From Eledone cirrhosa (lineage: Eukaryota), in the NCBI GenBank assembly GCA_964016885.1, contig OZ024743.1:188294001-188358000 (forward strand): a stretch of DNA of 64,000 bases. Reading direction: 5' to 3'. Under the pieces are notes generated by a model. It had not been told where the DNA came from. It searched no databases and was given only the letters and a program-made list of their open reading frames with translations. Below, piece after piece: positions 14,431 to 27,319 of this stretch. The position numbers and the translations under genes are program-made. The stretch's first letter is position 1. The number at the start of each line of letters is the position of its first letter.

Positions 14431-16559
14431 ATTATCGTATTCTACTGCAGAATATATTTCTAGTTTGGAAATGTTGCTGTTTAGGACTGTAGATTCATAT
14501 TTTGAAGTTTAGTATCAGGTTGATCCTTAATCCAGTTGATCTATAATGAAAAGTATTGAAGGAATAACAATCTATGCAGGTGACTACATTGTTCAAAATA
14601 TTCATTTTACTTAAAACAGAAGAGTATGATTTGAGGGCGTTTGGCTGGTTTTTCTAAGAGGTAAACAACTGCATCACTGACTACAAAGGCTACTCAGAAC
14701 ATTTCACTTACTGCTCTCCCATGCATCATTTATACCCAGTCTTTTTCTCATTAGATCCTTTAACAAAACATAATGGCTATATAGTTCTAATGGAGAGAAA
14801 AAAATCAACTCTGCTGCTCTATTGAACTTCTGTTTCATGTGTTCTGAATTACTTTAGCTAACCACCATTACTTCAGACTCCAGATTGGCTTAAGAAATAT
14901 CATCCACTATCAACATCTCTTTGACTCTGACTGATACAAATATCTGTGATGAATATTCTTTTTTCATTATTTTATGTATAAAATAGTGATGTTGGTGATG
15001 ATAAAGGCAATAAAGGCACAGTGCTTAATACATTTATTGCCTTTTTCATTTTCAAAACCACATATAATTCTAAATGAACATATAAATTCTGACTTTTTCT
15101 AATTTTAGTGTAAATTACAATGTATTTTCCTTATTCTACCACAAAAGATTCATGAAAGATTGTAACTCACATTTAACCAGACACCAAAATATGAACTGGG
15201 AATAGAATAACTTTTTTCAGCATAGGATGTGTTTCTGAAAAAACTAGTGGATACTGGTCAAGAGGTAAAGGAAAGAAGAGGGAAAGAGTATGACTGCCAT
15301 TTTAATGTGTTACTACTATAGTAGATAGGAAAAAACAAGGCAGCATCAGCAGACATAAATCTACAAAACTATAAATTCAAAAGGTATATTAATTTGAAAT
15401 TCTGATTAATGAAATTTTAGGTTCTTTTATACTCACAGATAAATCCTATTTTGAAAATTCCATTTCTATTCAACAATATGATGTGTTATAAGTTCATTAC
15501 AAAATACAAGATAAAATTAAAATATATAGAAATAAGTTGGAATCTTAAATGCAAGGACCTGCTGTTAAAATAGCAGAATGCCGTCAATGAAAACAGCATG
15601 AAAGTTGGGCAAATATACCCCTAAGGACAGAAAACAGTGGCTAGTGACCTCAATGGAAAAATGTAAAGTTGTGTGGTCAGTGGAAAGTATATGAAATGTA
15701 TAGATGATTGAGAGAAGAGTCTGTTGGCATGTATGAGTGATGTAAGATATTAAGGTTACAATAAATGTCGAGTTTAAAGTTACAAAACTTACAAGATGAT
15801 ACAAACCACAGATGTATCTCAATCTGGCTTGTGGTTTTGCACGATTAAATGCAAGGGCTGCAATTTTTAATGTCAGCTGGTACAGCAAAATCTAAATAAA
15901 CATTTCTTCTGATTTGATGCATGTATGATGACAACAAAACAAAACAGAACAGATGAACAGGCAGTCTATTACATAATATAATGCACCTGGCCAGTGACGC
16001 ATCACTAGCTAAAAGGAAAGGCACAGCCTTAGGGCAGAAGTGTCAGCAAGTGAAAGTGACAGCAGAAGCAGCAAGCATGAGAAGAGACAAAAAAAATGTG
16101 AGTGGGAGATAGAGTAGGAAAGGGAGAGGAAAAGGAGAAAGAGAGGAGGAAAAAAAGAAATGTAGTCAACCTCAGGCCATGATGTCTGTCCATATTAGAA
16201 AGCTAATAAAATCATAGCTTAATGTAAATAAACATTAAGTATTTTCAAATATTATCAAGACGAAGCATGAGTGTATTTGAAATTAATAGAAATAAACCAA
16301 ACAACACTGTTTAAAGATTTGTTAATCTTTTATCAGTGAGAAACACTCAACTGGTACTAACATTGAAATAAACTACTGTCTATATAGAATTTTGTATGAT
16401 GAACATTTGCATATAGCAAATAGAAAACATCATCTGGAAATGTTCATTTACATATAGTGTGAAATTGGCTGATTATAGTTAGTTGGCCATAGCAATAAGA
16501 CAGCGTTTAAGCACAATAAAAACACACACACACAACACACACATATATATATATATAAA

Positions 16560-16925
16560 CACAAGCCGAAGCATATACACAGTATGCCCCAACCCACCTC
16601 CTATACACCCCCATGAGGACAGGCCAAAGTAAATGCATCCAATGAAGCCCCCAGGCCACACTGTAAAATGACGTGATGGTGACACAGTAAAAGGTGACCA
16701 GCCCACACTGTAAAGTGGTCGTCTAGGTGTTACAACAAAAAACACCCAGTACTAAATGTAAATGAGGTTGGTACAAGGAAGGGCATCCAGTTATAGAAAC
16801 CAACCCAGAATCAGTCTTGTATGAGCAAGATATGGTCACCTCACCTAGCATTGTCCACAACAGGACAACCCGTCTAACCCATGCTAGCGTGGAAGATAAA
16901 CATTAAACGATTAAGATGATGATAT
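16560..16925 (+). mobile_element. RTE 3'-end fragment
   Basis: Shares GGAAGGGCATCCAG and the CCCATGCTAGCGTGGAAG..GATGAT terminus with the other copies. Confidence 0.75.
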
Positions 16926-17150
16926 AAACATATATATAAACATATACTATAAGTTTATATACAATAAACATATATATATATATATATAATCGTTTTTATG
17001 TTCACTATTCTATGCTATTATGTGTTGAATGGGATGGGTGAAGACAATATTTTACAGCTTTAAGATGCTTCATACAACGCACAGAGATACAGTGTACCTG
17101 TTCTAAAAATTAATATACTCATGGTATACAAACACACAAAAACACAGATA

Positions 17151-17181
<31 letters not shown>

Positions 17182-17268
17182 GTAGAAGTTCAATTTAAAT
17201 TGTTGGGATACAAGAAGCAAATATTTTTATAACTGATATAAAGCACTCAACAAATAATTGGAGTAAAA

Positions 17269-17590
17269 ATACGATTTTAACAAATGGAAACTATATTTAT
17301 AAAACCATATTTATTTCATTATACATATTTCAAGGACACCATGTTAAATTATGGTGTGCTTTTATCAGATAAAATATAATATAGAGCAGTTTTATAAATA
17401 AATATTGACATACCCTTAAAGAATGCAACTTTGCATTCTTTAAGGGTATGTCAATATTTATTTATAAAACTGCTCTATATTATATTTTATCTGATAAAAG
17501 TACACCATAATTTAACATGGTGTCCTTGAAATATGTATAATGAAATAAATATGGTTTTATAAATATAGTTTCCATTTGTTAATATCGTAT
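17269..17590. repeat. 322-bp near-perfect palindrome of a PLE pLTR, with a G8A hammerhead in each arm
   Basis: 160-bp arms around a 2-nt loop (17429-17430). Arm motif TATTTTAT-CTGATAA-[AAGTACACCA..TGGTGTCCTT]-GAAA-TATGTA-TA-ATGAAATA at 17483-17547 (+) and 17312-17376 (-). Confidence 0.9.
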
Positions 17591-17715
17591 ATATATATAT
17601 ATATATTTATTTATTAAAATAACAGATTAAAGTATAAGCAAAGAATCGCTGCTTTCACCCTTAACGGGATCTTTGAATTTTAGTCTTCAAATTTATTATT
17701 GTTACTATATATATG

Positions 17716-17759
<44 letters not shown>

Positions 17760-17774
17760 TATATATATATGTGT

Positions 17775-18240
17775 CTCTCCAAGACAATGTCACTGGACCG
17801 AGGTCTTTGGCGCTACACAGTAATACAGAAGACCCGCCTTGCCTAAGTACAAAACGAAACCTACCGTCAGTAGGCACCTCTAACAAAAATACAGCCCCGT
17901 CCCACCACCCCCACCTCATCCACACTACCCCTTTCGATGTAAAGTTATGTTGGTACCACAACATCCAGTCCGAAACAAATGAGGTCGTGTAGGTGTCACG
18001 AAAAGAAAACACACAGTCCACGCTGTAATGTGGCCGTGTAGGTAACACGGTAAAAACCTCCCAGTCCACACTGTAAACGTGGTTGGTGTTAGGAAGGGCA
18101 TCCAGCCGTAGAAAACCCGCCAGACAGTCCTATACGAGCAAGACAACCAATCTTGTCTCAAGTGGGAAAACTCCCGTCCAAACCCATGCAAGCGTGGAAG
18201 ATGGACGTTAAACGATGATGATGATTATAAATGATGATGA
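17775..18240 (+). mobile_element. 5'-truncated copy of the 30612-33600 RTE family
   Basis: Contains the last codons (LSKTMSLDRGLWRY..EKTRL), the 3' UTR and a (GAT)n tail. Confidence 0.85.
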
Positions 18241-18307
18241 TATATATATATACATACATATATATATAAATTACACCATTATCAAAGTTATGTTCAAATT
18301 ATTTTAT

Positions 18308-18354
18308 TGCTGACAATTGTTTCTTCCAAACTTTAGTTTGGAATCATCGGAGCA
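18308..18354 (-). ncRNA. Minimal type I hammerhead ribozyme (U4C)
   Basis: Minus strand: TGCT-CCGATGA-TTCCAAAC-TAAA-GTTTGGAA-GAAA-CAATTG-TC-AGCA. Perfect 8-bp stem II, palindromic stem III, GUC site. Confidence 0.8.
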
Positions 18355-18939
18355 TTAGCAATGTTTGTACATATAATTAACCTCCTATTCAACTGAACAA
18401 TCATATAGATACATATATATTGATGTTGTGAACAACAGTTTCGTATTTACAGGGTGGAATGGATGTGACACATATTATACGAGAATTGTACAATAATTAA
18501 AATTAAAATGAAAAGCACAGAGTGGAATACATGCAACAGATAATACAGGGGAATAGTCTAATAATTAAAGAGGCATTGAGGAAGAAGGATGACACTAGCA
18601 GTACATATGCAAGCGTGTAGAGAGTACACATGTGTTAGTCATATATATGAAGGAAACAAGCAAAGGTATTAGGCATATATAAATACTGTATGGCAAAGGT
18701 ATCACATAAAATAACACAGGTATACAAGCATATCAAGCAAAAGTGTTAGTGTATTAAAATTTATGATGGATGTAATGTGATGATTGTTTCTGTAGTGTTC
18801 AAATGTGTATGTGTTGAGAGTATCAAAGTTATTTTTATCTTTTCCATTACATACGTTAAATTATATTTTAGTTAATGTTTATATTGAATGTTTTTAGTTA
18901 GTTACAGCAATGGATTATAAATTGGTCTTATTGTATTCT

Positions 18940-19027
18940 TATCCATGGATTAGAGTTGTTCTACAGCGAGTTTCGGAAATTAAACCGTTAGAAAAACTCA
19001 CTGTAGAACAACTCTAATCCATGGATA
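18940..19027. repeat. Inverted repeat (34-bp arms) containing a probable hammerhead 3' half
   Basis: TATCCATGGATTAGAGTTGTTCTACAG(C)GAGTTT mirrored at 18994-19027. Minus strand reads CGAAACTCGCTGTA-GAAC. Confidence 0.75.
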
Positions 19028-19039
19028 TGAGTGAAAAAG

Positions 19040-19540
19040 TGTCATCCACTACAAGCTGCCCCTAACGAACACCATCATAACTTCTAACATCTATTGCCAA
19101 CAACTTGACTGATTAGTCTTGGTAATCGCACAGGCGCACCCATACCAGGGTCTTTTTCAGTTCCTTTATGACAACACTTAGCTACATATATCAAACATGA
19201 CATGTGAGAAGCTTCTAGAGCTAGTTTGGGATGTTCTGCCCCACCTGCCGTATTTGTGTGAACTCATGCCTACAGACTATCACCTTTTTCTCTCAACGAA
19301 CAATGCAATGTAGTCAAAGACCTTCACCAATGAAACCAATTAAATCAGTGGTTAACAGAATTCTTTCCGTCGAAGCCAGAAGAATTCTACAGAGATGGAA
19401 TCCTGTGCCTTCCTAAATTATGGCAGACAGTAATCATAAATGATTCTTATTATTTTGACGTGCAACATTTTCCTAGTGTTTTAATGCCAAAGTCAATAAA
19501 AATTAGAAAAATAGCAAGAACATTCTGTCCAACCTAATAT
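19040..19540 (+). mobile_element. 3' half of a second mariner relic
   Basis: Reads TITSNIYCQQLD..YDN..WDVLPH.PY..L.PTDYHLF and ends in a TIR-like ..TGTCCAACCTAATA. Confidence 0.8.
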
Positions 19541-19802
19541 AAATCAGCAACGAATGTTTTCCAACCAGTTTCCCTAATAAAGCTGAAGCTAGCCATACAA
19601 GCCTCACATGAGCTTCATATGAGTTTCCTTCATTTTGAGCTATAACGATAGTTGTAATTTCTGAGGCAATACTTTACATTCAGATGCTCTCTTTGTGTCG
19701 CCAACCCCATATAAATTCCTGTGTGTCATGAGAAGTAATTAATAGGGGTTAATGACTAAGTAGCTAAAAGGGTTAATGACTAAAAAGTTACAAATATCGC
19801 TA

Positions 19803-19895
<93 letters not shown>

Positions 19896-20828
19896 CTGGC
19901 GTCTACATAGTTTCATCATGCAAATTCCACTCACGAAACATTGGTCAAACAGAGTCTATGTTAGAAGCTACTTGCACAAGGTATTGTGCAGTCATGCATG
20001 CACCTATTATTATTAACCATTAAAACGGTATTAATCAATCAAGCAGAAGTAACTTCCAACACAGTTACAGTAATGTTGGCAACATCAGGATAAGTAAAAA
20101 AAAAGTAACTTTAAGCTACATTTGTATCAAATCAAATTGCACAGCATGTTAATATTCATACCAATACTGTTATTAGAGTGCAACAAAGCACAATCCAATG
20201 TACCATGAAAATAATTTAGATTAAATTAATACTTCAGCACATTGATGGTAGGAGAGACAGTAATATGAAAGCTGGAATCTAGTTGAGAATAAAGTTAAGA
20301 ACAGTCCATTATTGTTGTTACCTTTTAGCCTGAGGACAAATGATTGAGAAAACCTATGATAAAAAACGTTCTGGGCATGACCACCCCATCGTTATTCCTA
20401 TGTGCAAGAAAATCAGGACAAGATTATTCAACAGATTCTTCTTTAAGGTTGTAGAGTGTGATTTGAGGAAGATTTGTGTGCGATATCTCAAGGCTTCAGT
20501 GACCATGTACATACTAACTCATTGACTCTTTAATATGTTGTTATATTCATACACAAGATTATTATTGGTAGTTAAATGCACGCTAACATATTTAAGGTAG
20601 TGAGTCAGAATAATGTTTAATTACCGTATATATACAAATATAAGCTGATCCGAATATACACTGACCCCTATTTTATGTCTGAGAAATGGACAAATATCCA
20701 AACCACAATTTTTAACTGAGGCAGCTAATCAACATATTGTTTAGATGGCATGGTTTTGAAATTCTACAGAATATATTTATTAAGTTTTAACAATTTGATG
20801 TTTAAAATGTTTTAAGTATCGTTTAGAG

Positions 20829-20994
20829 CAGTGGTTCCCAAAGTGGGTTCCGCAAAGGATTGTCTGGGGTTCCATTAAAAAGGTAGAGGAATATATTTAT
20901 ATTACATCCATGTAACAGTAATAGACTTTGGCGTTCTGCCAAAAGTTTCTGAACCAAAAAGGGTTCCGCATCTGAAAAAGTTTGGGAAACCCTG
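20829..20994. mobile_element. hAT (Charlie-like) MITE
   Basis: TIRs CAGTGGTTCCCAAA / TTTGGGAAACCCTG. Exact 8-bp TSD GTTTAGAG at 20821-20828 and 20995-21002. Confidence 0.9.
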
Positions 20995-22039
20995 GTTTAG
21001 AGCATAGATTTTGTTTCCCAACTCAGACTTTTTTTCACAACTACCATTTCATCCATTTTAACATTTCAACAATCTTACCGAATTTTGGTTTTTTCATTTC
21101 CAGCACTAACTTGCTGGGAGTATTTGAAAGCAAGCGATCAAATAAGAGAACTTTGTATAGGGATTCATAGAGTAGAAAAGAGAATGAGAGACAGAAAGTG
21201 AGAGAGAGGGATGGCAGAGTAAGAAAAAGAGAGGGCAAGAGTGAGAGAATTTAGAGAGTGGGATAGCAATAAAATACAAGTCAGAAGTAAGATTGAAAGA
21301 AAAATGTTATTAAGTCAGAGGAAAACTGTTGGCATGTGTATATATGTGTGTGTGCGTGTGCATGCATGTATGTGTGCATGCACATATGTATATAGGATAT
21401 TTATGTATTAAAAAGTTCAATTACCAACATTTGTTGGAAATATTTTCAAGGGAATTCACAAATAACACTAATGGTAATGTAGTAAATGTAGAAAAACAGT
21501 AGTTTATTGTAAAATAATAATTCTAGATATTTTAGCACCTTCGTTACATAGAATTTGAAGTTGGAGAAAATCGTCAAAATATTGACCTCAAATATAAATC
21601 AAACCCCATTTTTCAATTGATATTTTGGTCACATATACCTCAGCTTATCATCATCATCATCATCATCATCGTTTTTAACATCTATCTTCCATCCTAGCAT
21701 GGGTTTGACTATATCCAGTAATTAAATAACTTTAATGATTAATTATAGATAATTAAATAGAGTCATGCAAATGAGAGTGAGTTTGATCTTTGGTAAATAT
21801 GGTGAAAAGTCAGAACGTTACAGTTTCATTATACACCCCGAGCAAAACAGCCTTGCCAGCACTTGGTAAATACTAGATGACTGAGAGCTATAAATAATTA
21901 TAGTCAAGTATGACAACCTGAAAAAAAAAAAAAAAAAAAATTACTCAGGTACACTTTCTGTGTGAAAAATTTACAGTTAAGTGGATGCTGTCAAACTTAA
22001 TGATACAAAAGTGCTTAACTAATAAAATGTAGAGTGCAG

Positions 22040-22232
22040 TGGGTAGTGAGATCAATTTTTGACAAGTGTAATGAGAACCCCAGATATATCTTGTTCAAAT
22101 CTAACTGGGGCCGACTATGACTTTCTCTCTTGTGAAGTCGATGAAATAAAGTACCAGTCAAATACTTGTCTTTATTTAATCAACTTTGCCTTTGTCTTTA
22201 AACTTTTGGGCCTTGTGATGAAATTAGAAATC
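22040..22232 (+). mobile_element. Degenerate SINE of the 6352 type
   Basis: GTTCAAATC B-box, GTCGATGAAATAAAGTACCAG and GGCCTTGTG..TAGAAA tail. Confidence 0.6.
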
Positions 22233-24739
22233 AATAAAGTATAAATTACCTGTCCTTGTTAACCCCACGTAACTGAGAGATGTAAAGATGTCCATAGAAG
22301 GAACATTGACAGAGAGGACAAAATAAAAAAAATGGCTAGAGAAAATTGTAAAGGTTATGAGATAACCATCTTAGGAATTGGCATATCTAGCAAAATTAGC
22401 ATATCTAGCAAAATATTTTGTGGAGTGAATTTCAAGTATCTACCTTTGGAATTTAAATCTAACTAATTTTAGAATTGCTTTCTACCTTTTACAGTCCAAA
22501 ATATTTTTGCATTATAAAAACCCATTTTTCTCTCTTTTGCTCTGTGAACATGTCACAGATAACTCAGAAGCCATTAAGATTCGTTAATCTCTCATCAAAA
22601 TATTTTGTCTTTGAGAGCATCTTGCATATACACCTCTGTCATGCTTAACGCTATGTTAATGCTACTGTCAATTAATTACAATCAACCAAGTTTATAAATG
22701 AACATTTCAGGCCAATATTTTCTATTTGTTATATGCAAATGAGCATATTGAACAAAGCAAATGTTCAACGCACAAAATCAATAAAAGCTCTAGTCTATTT
22801 TCATCTTAGTACTGGTTGAGTAAATGTCGCTGATGAGGGATTTATGAATCTTGAAACAGCTGTCTGACATTCTGAATGGCTGCTGAGATATCTGTGACAT
22901 GTTCAAGAAGCAGGAAAAAAGAATTTTTTTTCTTATTGCATATATTTTTCTTACTGCAAATATTTGTTTATTGCATATAAACATAGTATATTAGTATATG
23001 CTTTAATATACGCCCAATACCTACTTCCAAAATGTGTGTATGCCTGTATATGTATGTTTGCATACATATATTTATATATGTATGTATATATGTATGTATA
23101 GATACGGAGATAATTACCTACATCAATAGATCCAGATGATGCAAAAAGAGAAAGAGAGATAAATTGATGAAATTGGAAAGTATCTGCAGTTTAGTGCTAA
23201 TTACTTTAGTTCCTTGGTAATTGTTAAATCTAAATTGAGATGGCAGAATTTTTCACCCGAAGAATTAAATTACAAATTTTATTGCAATTTACTTAATTTA
23301 TAAGAATCGATTGCCTGTTTCTTAAAATTATTCTCTTCTTTTGAAGATCAGGTTAGTTTCAGGGAATGTCACTGAGAACGGTGCTGTTTTCCTTCTTTAT
23401 AACAACATATTCAATTATTACACTACTTCCACAAATATGTGTATGAACCATGGATACAAATATGTATACATGGTTATATATAATTACACACACCCCTACA
23501 CGAACATATGTATATACGGAGGGAGGGGTGGGGTCTGTGATTATCATCATCTGCAACAGAATCGTTTCACATTTTTCCATGTTGGTATATGTTGGAAGAG
23601 TCATCACAACCGAATTCAGTTTTTATTTAAATAGGTTGGAGGACAACATCTTACACCTAGATTATATTCTTGGCATGTTATCTATAGCAAAATGCCTTTC
23701 CTATCTTTAACCTCATTATAGATGTCACTGTATGCATTTTAGCATGGCATCAGTACTTTATACATGTTGACATGTCTCTGTCAAGTAACAACTCATCCCT
23801 ACCCTGCTTTTTCCCTCTTTATTTGCCAACTGCTTTCTAGAGTATCCTGTGTAGATTCTATCATGAGTCCAGCACTAGAGAAATTGTTTTGTCCTTGGAA
23901 AGATCAATCATTCCTCCCTGCCCAGTGCTGTCTCCTTTGCTCCATTCAACAGTAACAGAGAGTTGTCTTATGGCTAGCAGTTAGAATGTAGAATGGTGGT
24001 ATAAAACCAGGTTTATAGGACTAAAACAATCATAAAAACATAAAAGGAAACAAAGAGTGATAGACAACTAGATGATGATTATTTGTATGGCAATTGGATA
24101 GAAACAGCTAAGTAACATCTTAGGTGAGGTTAGAGAGTGGTAAGAGACAGGCAGGGCGAGGAAAGAGGGAGCACTAAATGTGAGAGAGAGATGGGGATAG
24201 AGCAGTGTAAGTACAAAAGTGATGGGTGTCAATAATGAGTGATAGAGGAAAGAATACTGTAAGGGAGATTTGTGGATAACAATGAATATGAGTGATGGAA
24301 AAGAATAGAAGAGATAAAAGTCAGTAACAAGTGATAGGGGAAAGGGGAGTAGCAATGAATGGAGATGGTAAAAGCAGATTGAATATGCACAGAATGTATA
24401 TAAGATTCCTTACTAAATAGGATGCTTGATCAGAGATAGAAGGGAAGCACATTGAAATATGTGATAGATAAAAAGGAAGTAATGAAAAAAAGAGGGGGGG
24501 GGGGGCATTTGATAGAGAGTATGTGAAGAGAGGGACTTAACTGTAGATATACATAACAATCCCCATCAATATTACAATCTTCATATATAACATTATTAGA
24601 AAACTAATTATGCATGAAATAAATTAAGAACATATCTAAATTTTGTTGAATAAATGTTTTAGTATTGTTATCAACCAATCTCAAATCAATTAAAATATAA
24701 CAATTCATATATTTATGCATACATATATATATATACATA

Positions 24740-24796
<57 letters not shown>

Positions 24797-24929
24797 TGGA
24801 ACACGGACGTTAAACGATGATGATGATGATGATATATACACACATATATATATATATAAGCAATATGTCCCAAGACTCTGATATCATCAACACTATAAAC
24901 ACAGAGCTGGCATATCTAAGAACTGATTA

Positions 24930-24985
24930 ACTGCCTGATGAGGTCATAGCCGTTCAATGGCTATCATCGAAATATATATAGCAGT
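24930..24985 (+). ncRNA. Minimal type I hammerhead ribozyme (canonical core)
   Basis: ACTGC-CTGATGA-GGTCATAGCC-GTTCAAT-GGCTATCATC-GAAA-TATATA-TA-GCAGT, in a ~170-bp island between (TA)n tracts. Confidence 0.85.
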
Positions 24986-25051
24986 AAATAAAGGATTATG
25001 AGTTCATGACTTATGTTTCGTCACTATGTATATATATATATATATATATAC

Positions 25052-25563
25052 ATCATCATCATCATCATCATCAACGTTTAACGTCCGTGTTCCACGCTTG
25101 CATAGGTTTGGACGGGGGTAGTCCCACTTGAGGCAAGAGTGATTGTCTTGCTCGCATAGGACTGTCTGGCAGGTTTTCTACAGTTGGATGCCCTTCCTAA
25201 CACCAACCACATTTACAGTGTGGGTCTGGGAGGTTTTTACCGTGTTGCCTACACGGCCACATTACAGCGTGGACTGTGTGTTTTTTTGTCGTGACACCTA
25301 CACGATCTCATTTGTTTCGGCCTCGATGGCGCGGCACCAACATGACTTTACATAGAACGGGGTGGTGTGGATGGGGTGGGGGTGGTGGTGGTGGGACGGG
25401 GTGTATTTTGTTAGAGATGCCTACTGGCTGGAGTAGGTTTTACTATATATTTAGGTAAGGCGGGTCTTCTCTGTTACTGAGTACCGCCAAAGGTCTTGGT
25501 TCAGTGACATTGTCTTGGAGAGGTGTAAGTGTGTGATGTCGGAGTTTATCAGCTCGTCCCAGG
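25052..25563 (-). mobile_element. 5'-truncated copy of the 30612-33600 RTE family
   Basis: TWDELINSD...EKTRLT* nearly identical to the end of the 816-aa ORF; 3' UTR and (GAT)n tail present. Confidence 0.9.
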
Positions 25564-25589
25564 TATATATATATATATATATATACATA

Positions 25590-25650
<61 letters not shown>

Positions 25651-27319
25651 TCATCATCATCATTTTATATATATTGTTGAGTGCTCTATACATTACTATA
25701 TCTCACTATCTCTCTATCATGGTTGCACATGGTGTGCTGCATATGTTCTTGAAATAATTAAATTTAAATACTGACATGTATTCTCAGTAAGATTACTTAT
25801 TAGGCAACTGACAATGAGCCATGCTTATTTATCTTTGTTCATTTGTGTGTTATAATGTTAGTAACTTTATTATGTCACTGTAGCATGAGATTGCACAGTT
25901 AGATATCATTTTCACAGCAAGTAAAATACGACACAACTAACTGATAAGTACTTAAAAAGACATTAGTACAAACTTAATTTAAATATAATTAATAACACAG
26001 CCATTTTGCATATTCTTCTAGGAGTTATAAAAGCTTGACAGTGGCAATGCATTCAAGTGTTTTACTTGCTTATATTGATCTAAATGTTTGGTCTGGTAGT
26101 GATTTCATTTTCTCATAAGAAGCGAAATGCAAAGGAATATGGAGGTAAGATGAAATAACCGAGTTGGACATTAATACCACAATTCAAATTTAATGTAACT
26201 CACTCCTCGATTATGTAAACAAGCATATACATGCATACACCTACAAGTATATGCATTCTGCTTCCTTGGGTTTCAAGGCACAAGCATGGCAGAAACTGCA
26301 GACTGTAAACAGTGGAACAGAATGCATGAAGTAGTGAGTGTGTGTGCATGTTTGTACGTGTATGTGTATGCATGCCTGAGTGTGTATTTGCATTTACTTT
26401 ATTGTTACTCTAATTTTCTGACTGAAGACCATCAGGGGATTATGAATACTAGAACAGGAAATTTGGTATACAATGAGCATAAAGAAATCCTTCTTGAATT
26501 TCATAGTGTACACAGGTCAGATGACATTAAACAACATGGAATATTATTGGATAACTATTGGCCTTGTGCCTAGATCACAAACCATTATTGTCTAACTCTG
26601 TAACTGGTGTTTGGAAAATAGGTATGGGTGCTAGTTTTAATGGTAGAGATGAGAACAACTTACACAATGCAATACATTAGGCACCAGATCGTATATCCAT
26701 ATGTAAACAGTCTATGTTTATATGCAGACAAAACTCTAAGGGTTTCTGCTGTATTAATACAACTAGACAGTTTTCTGATGCTAATGATATTTTGCAACAG
26801 AGAAAATGATATTATGGAAAATTATAACAAGGAATGAAATAGACTTCCGTGATTTTATTGAATGTCTGAACTTTAACATGTCTCAGTGTATCTATTTTCT
26901 TTCTTATCAACAATGTATACACACATTATTGCCATAACCAAATTATATGTTCTCATATGATTGTAATAGACCTGACATAACCTTATAAAATTGCATTTTA
27001 TTTTCCTTTGCTCTTTCCTTTTCTCATCAGTCTCACAAAATTAGTTATATCCTAATATATTTCTGATATATTTTCTTATTTATATAGTTTATATTTCGAA
27101 GTTGAACCAACACTAGTTATACTTAGTAGTTTCACGTTTCTGATCTTCAGATACATTCCTATTTATCTGGGTGTTTGTAACATAAAATTTGTTATAATTT
27201 GTACACTTGTAGCTTCAATACAAGAACTTTAAAGTCTTTTTGTATTGATTATTTTTTCCAACGATTTTCTAATCATTAACGTTAAACTAGTTATGTATGT
27301 ATATATGTATGCATGCATG

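Noticed and set aside
26427-26515. Possible host exon (AG..GT, open frame DHQGIMNTRTG..)
   Set aside because: No recognisable protein, weak splice sites and no partner exons.
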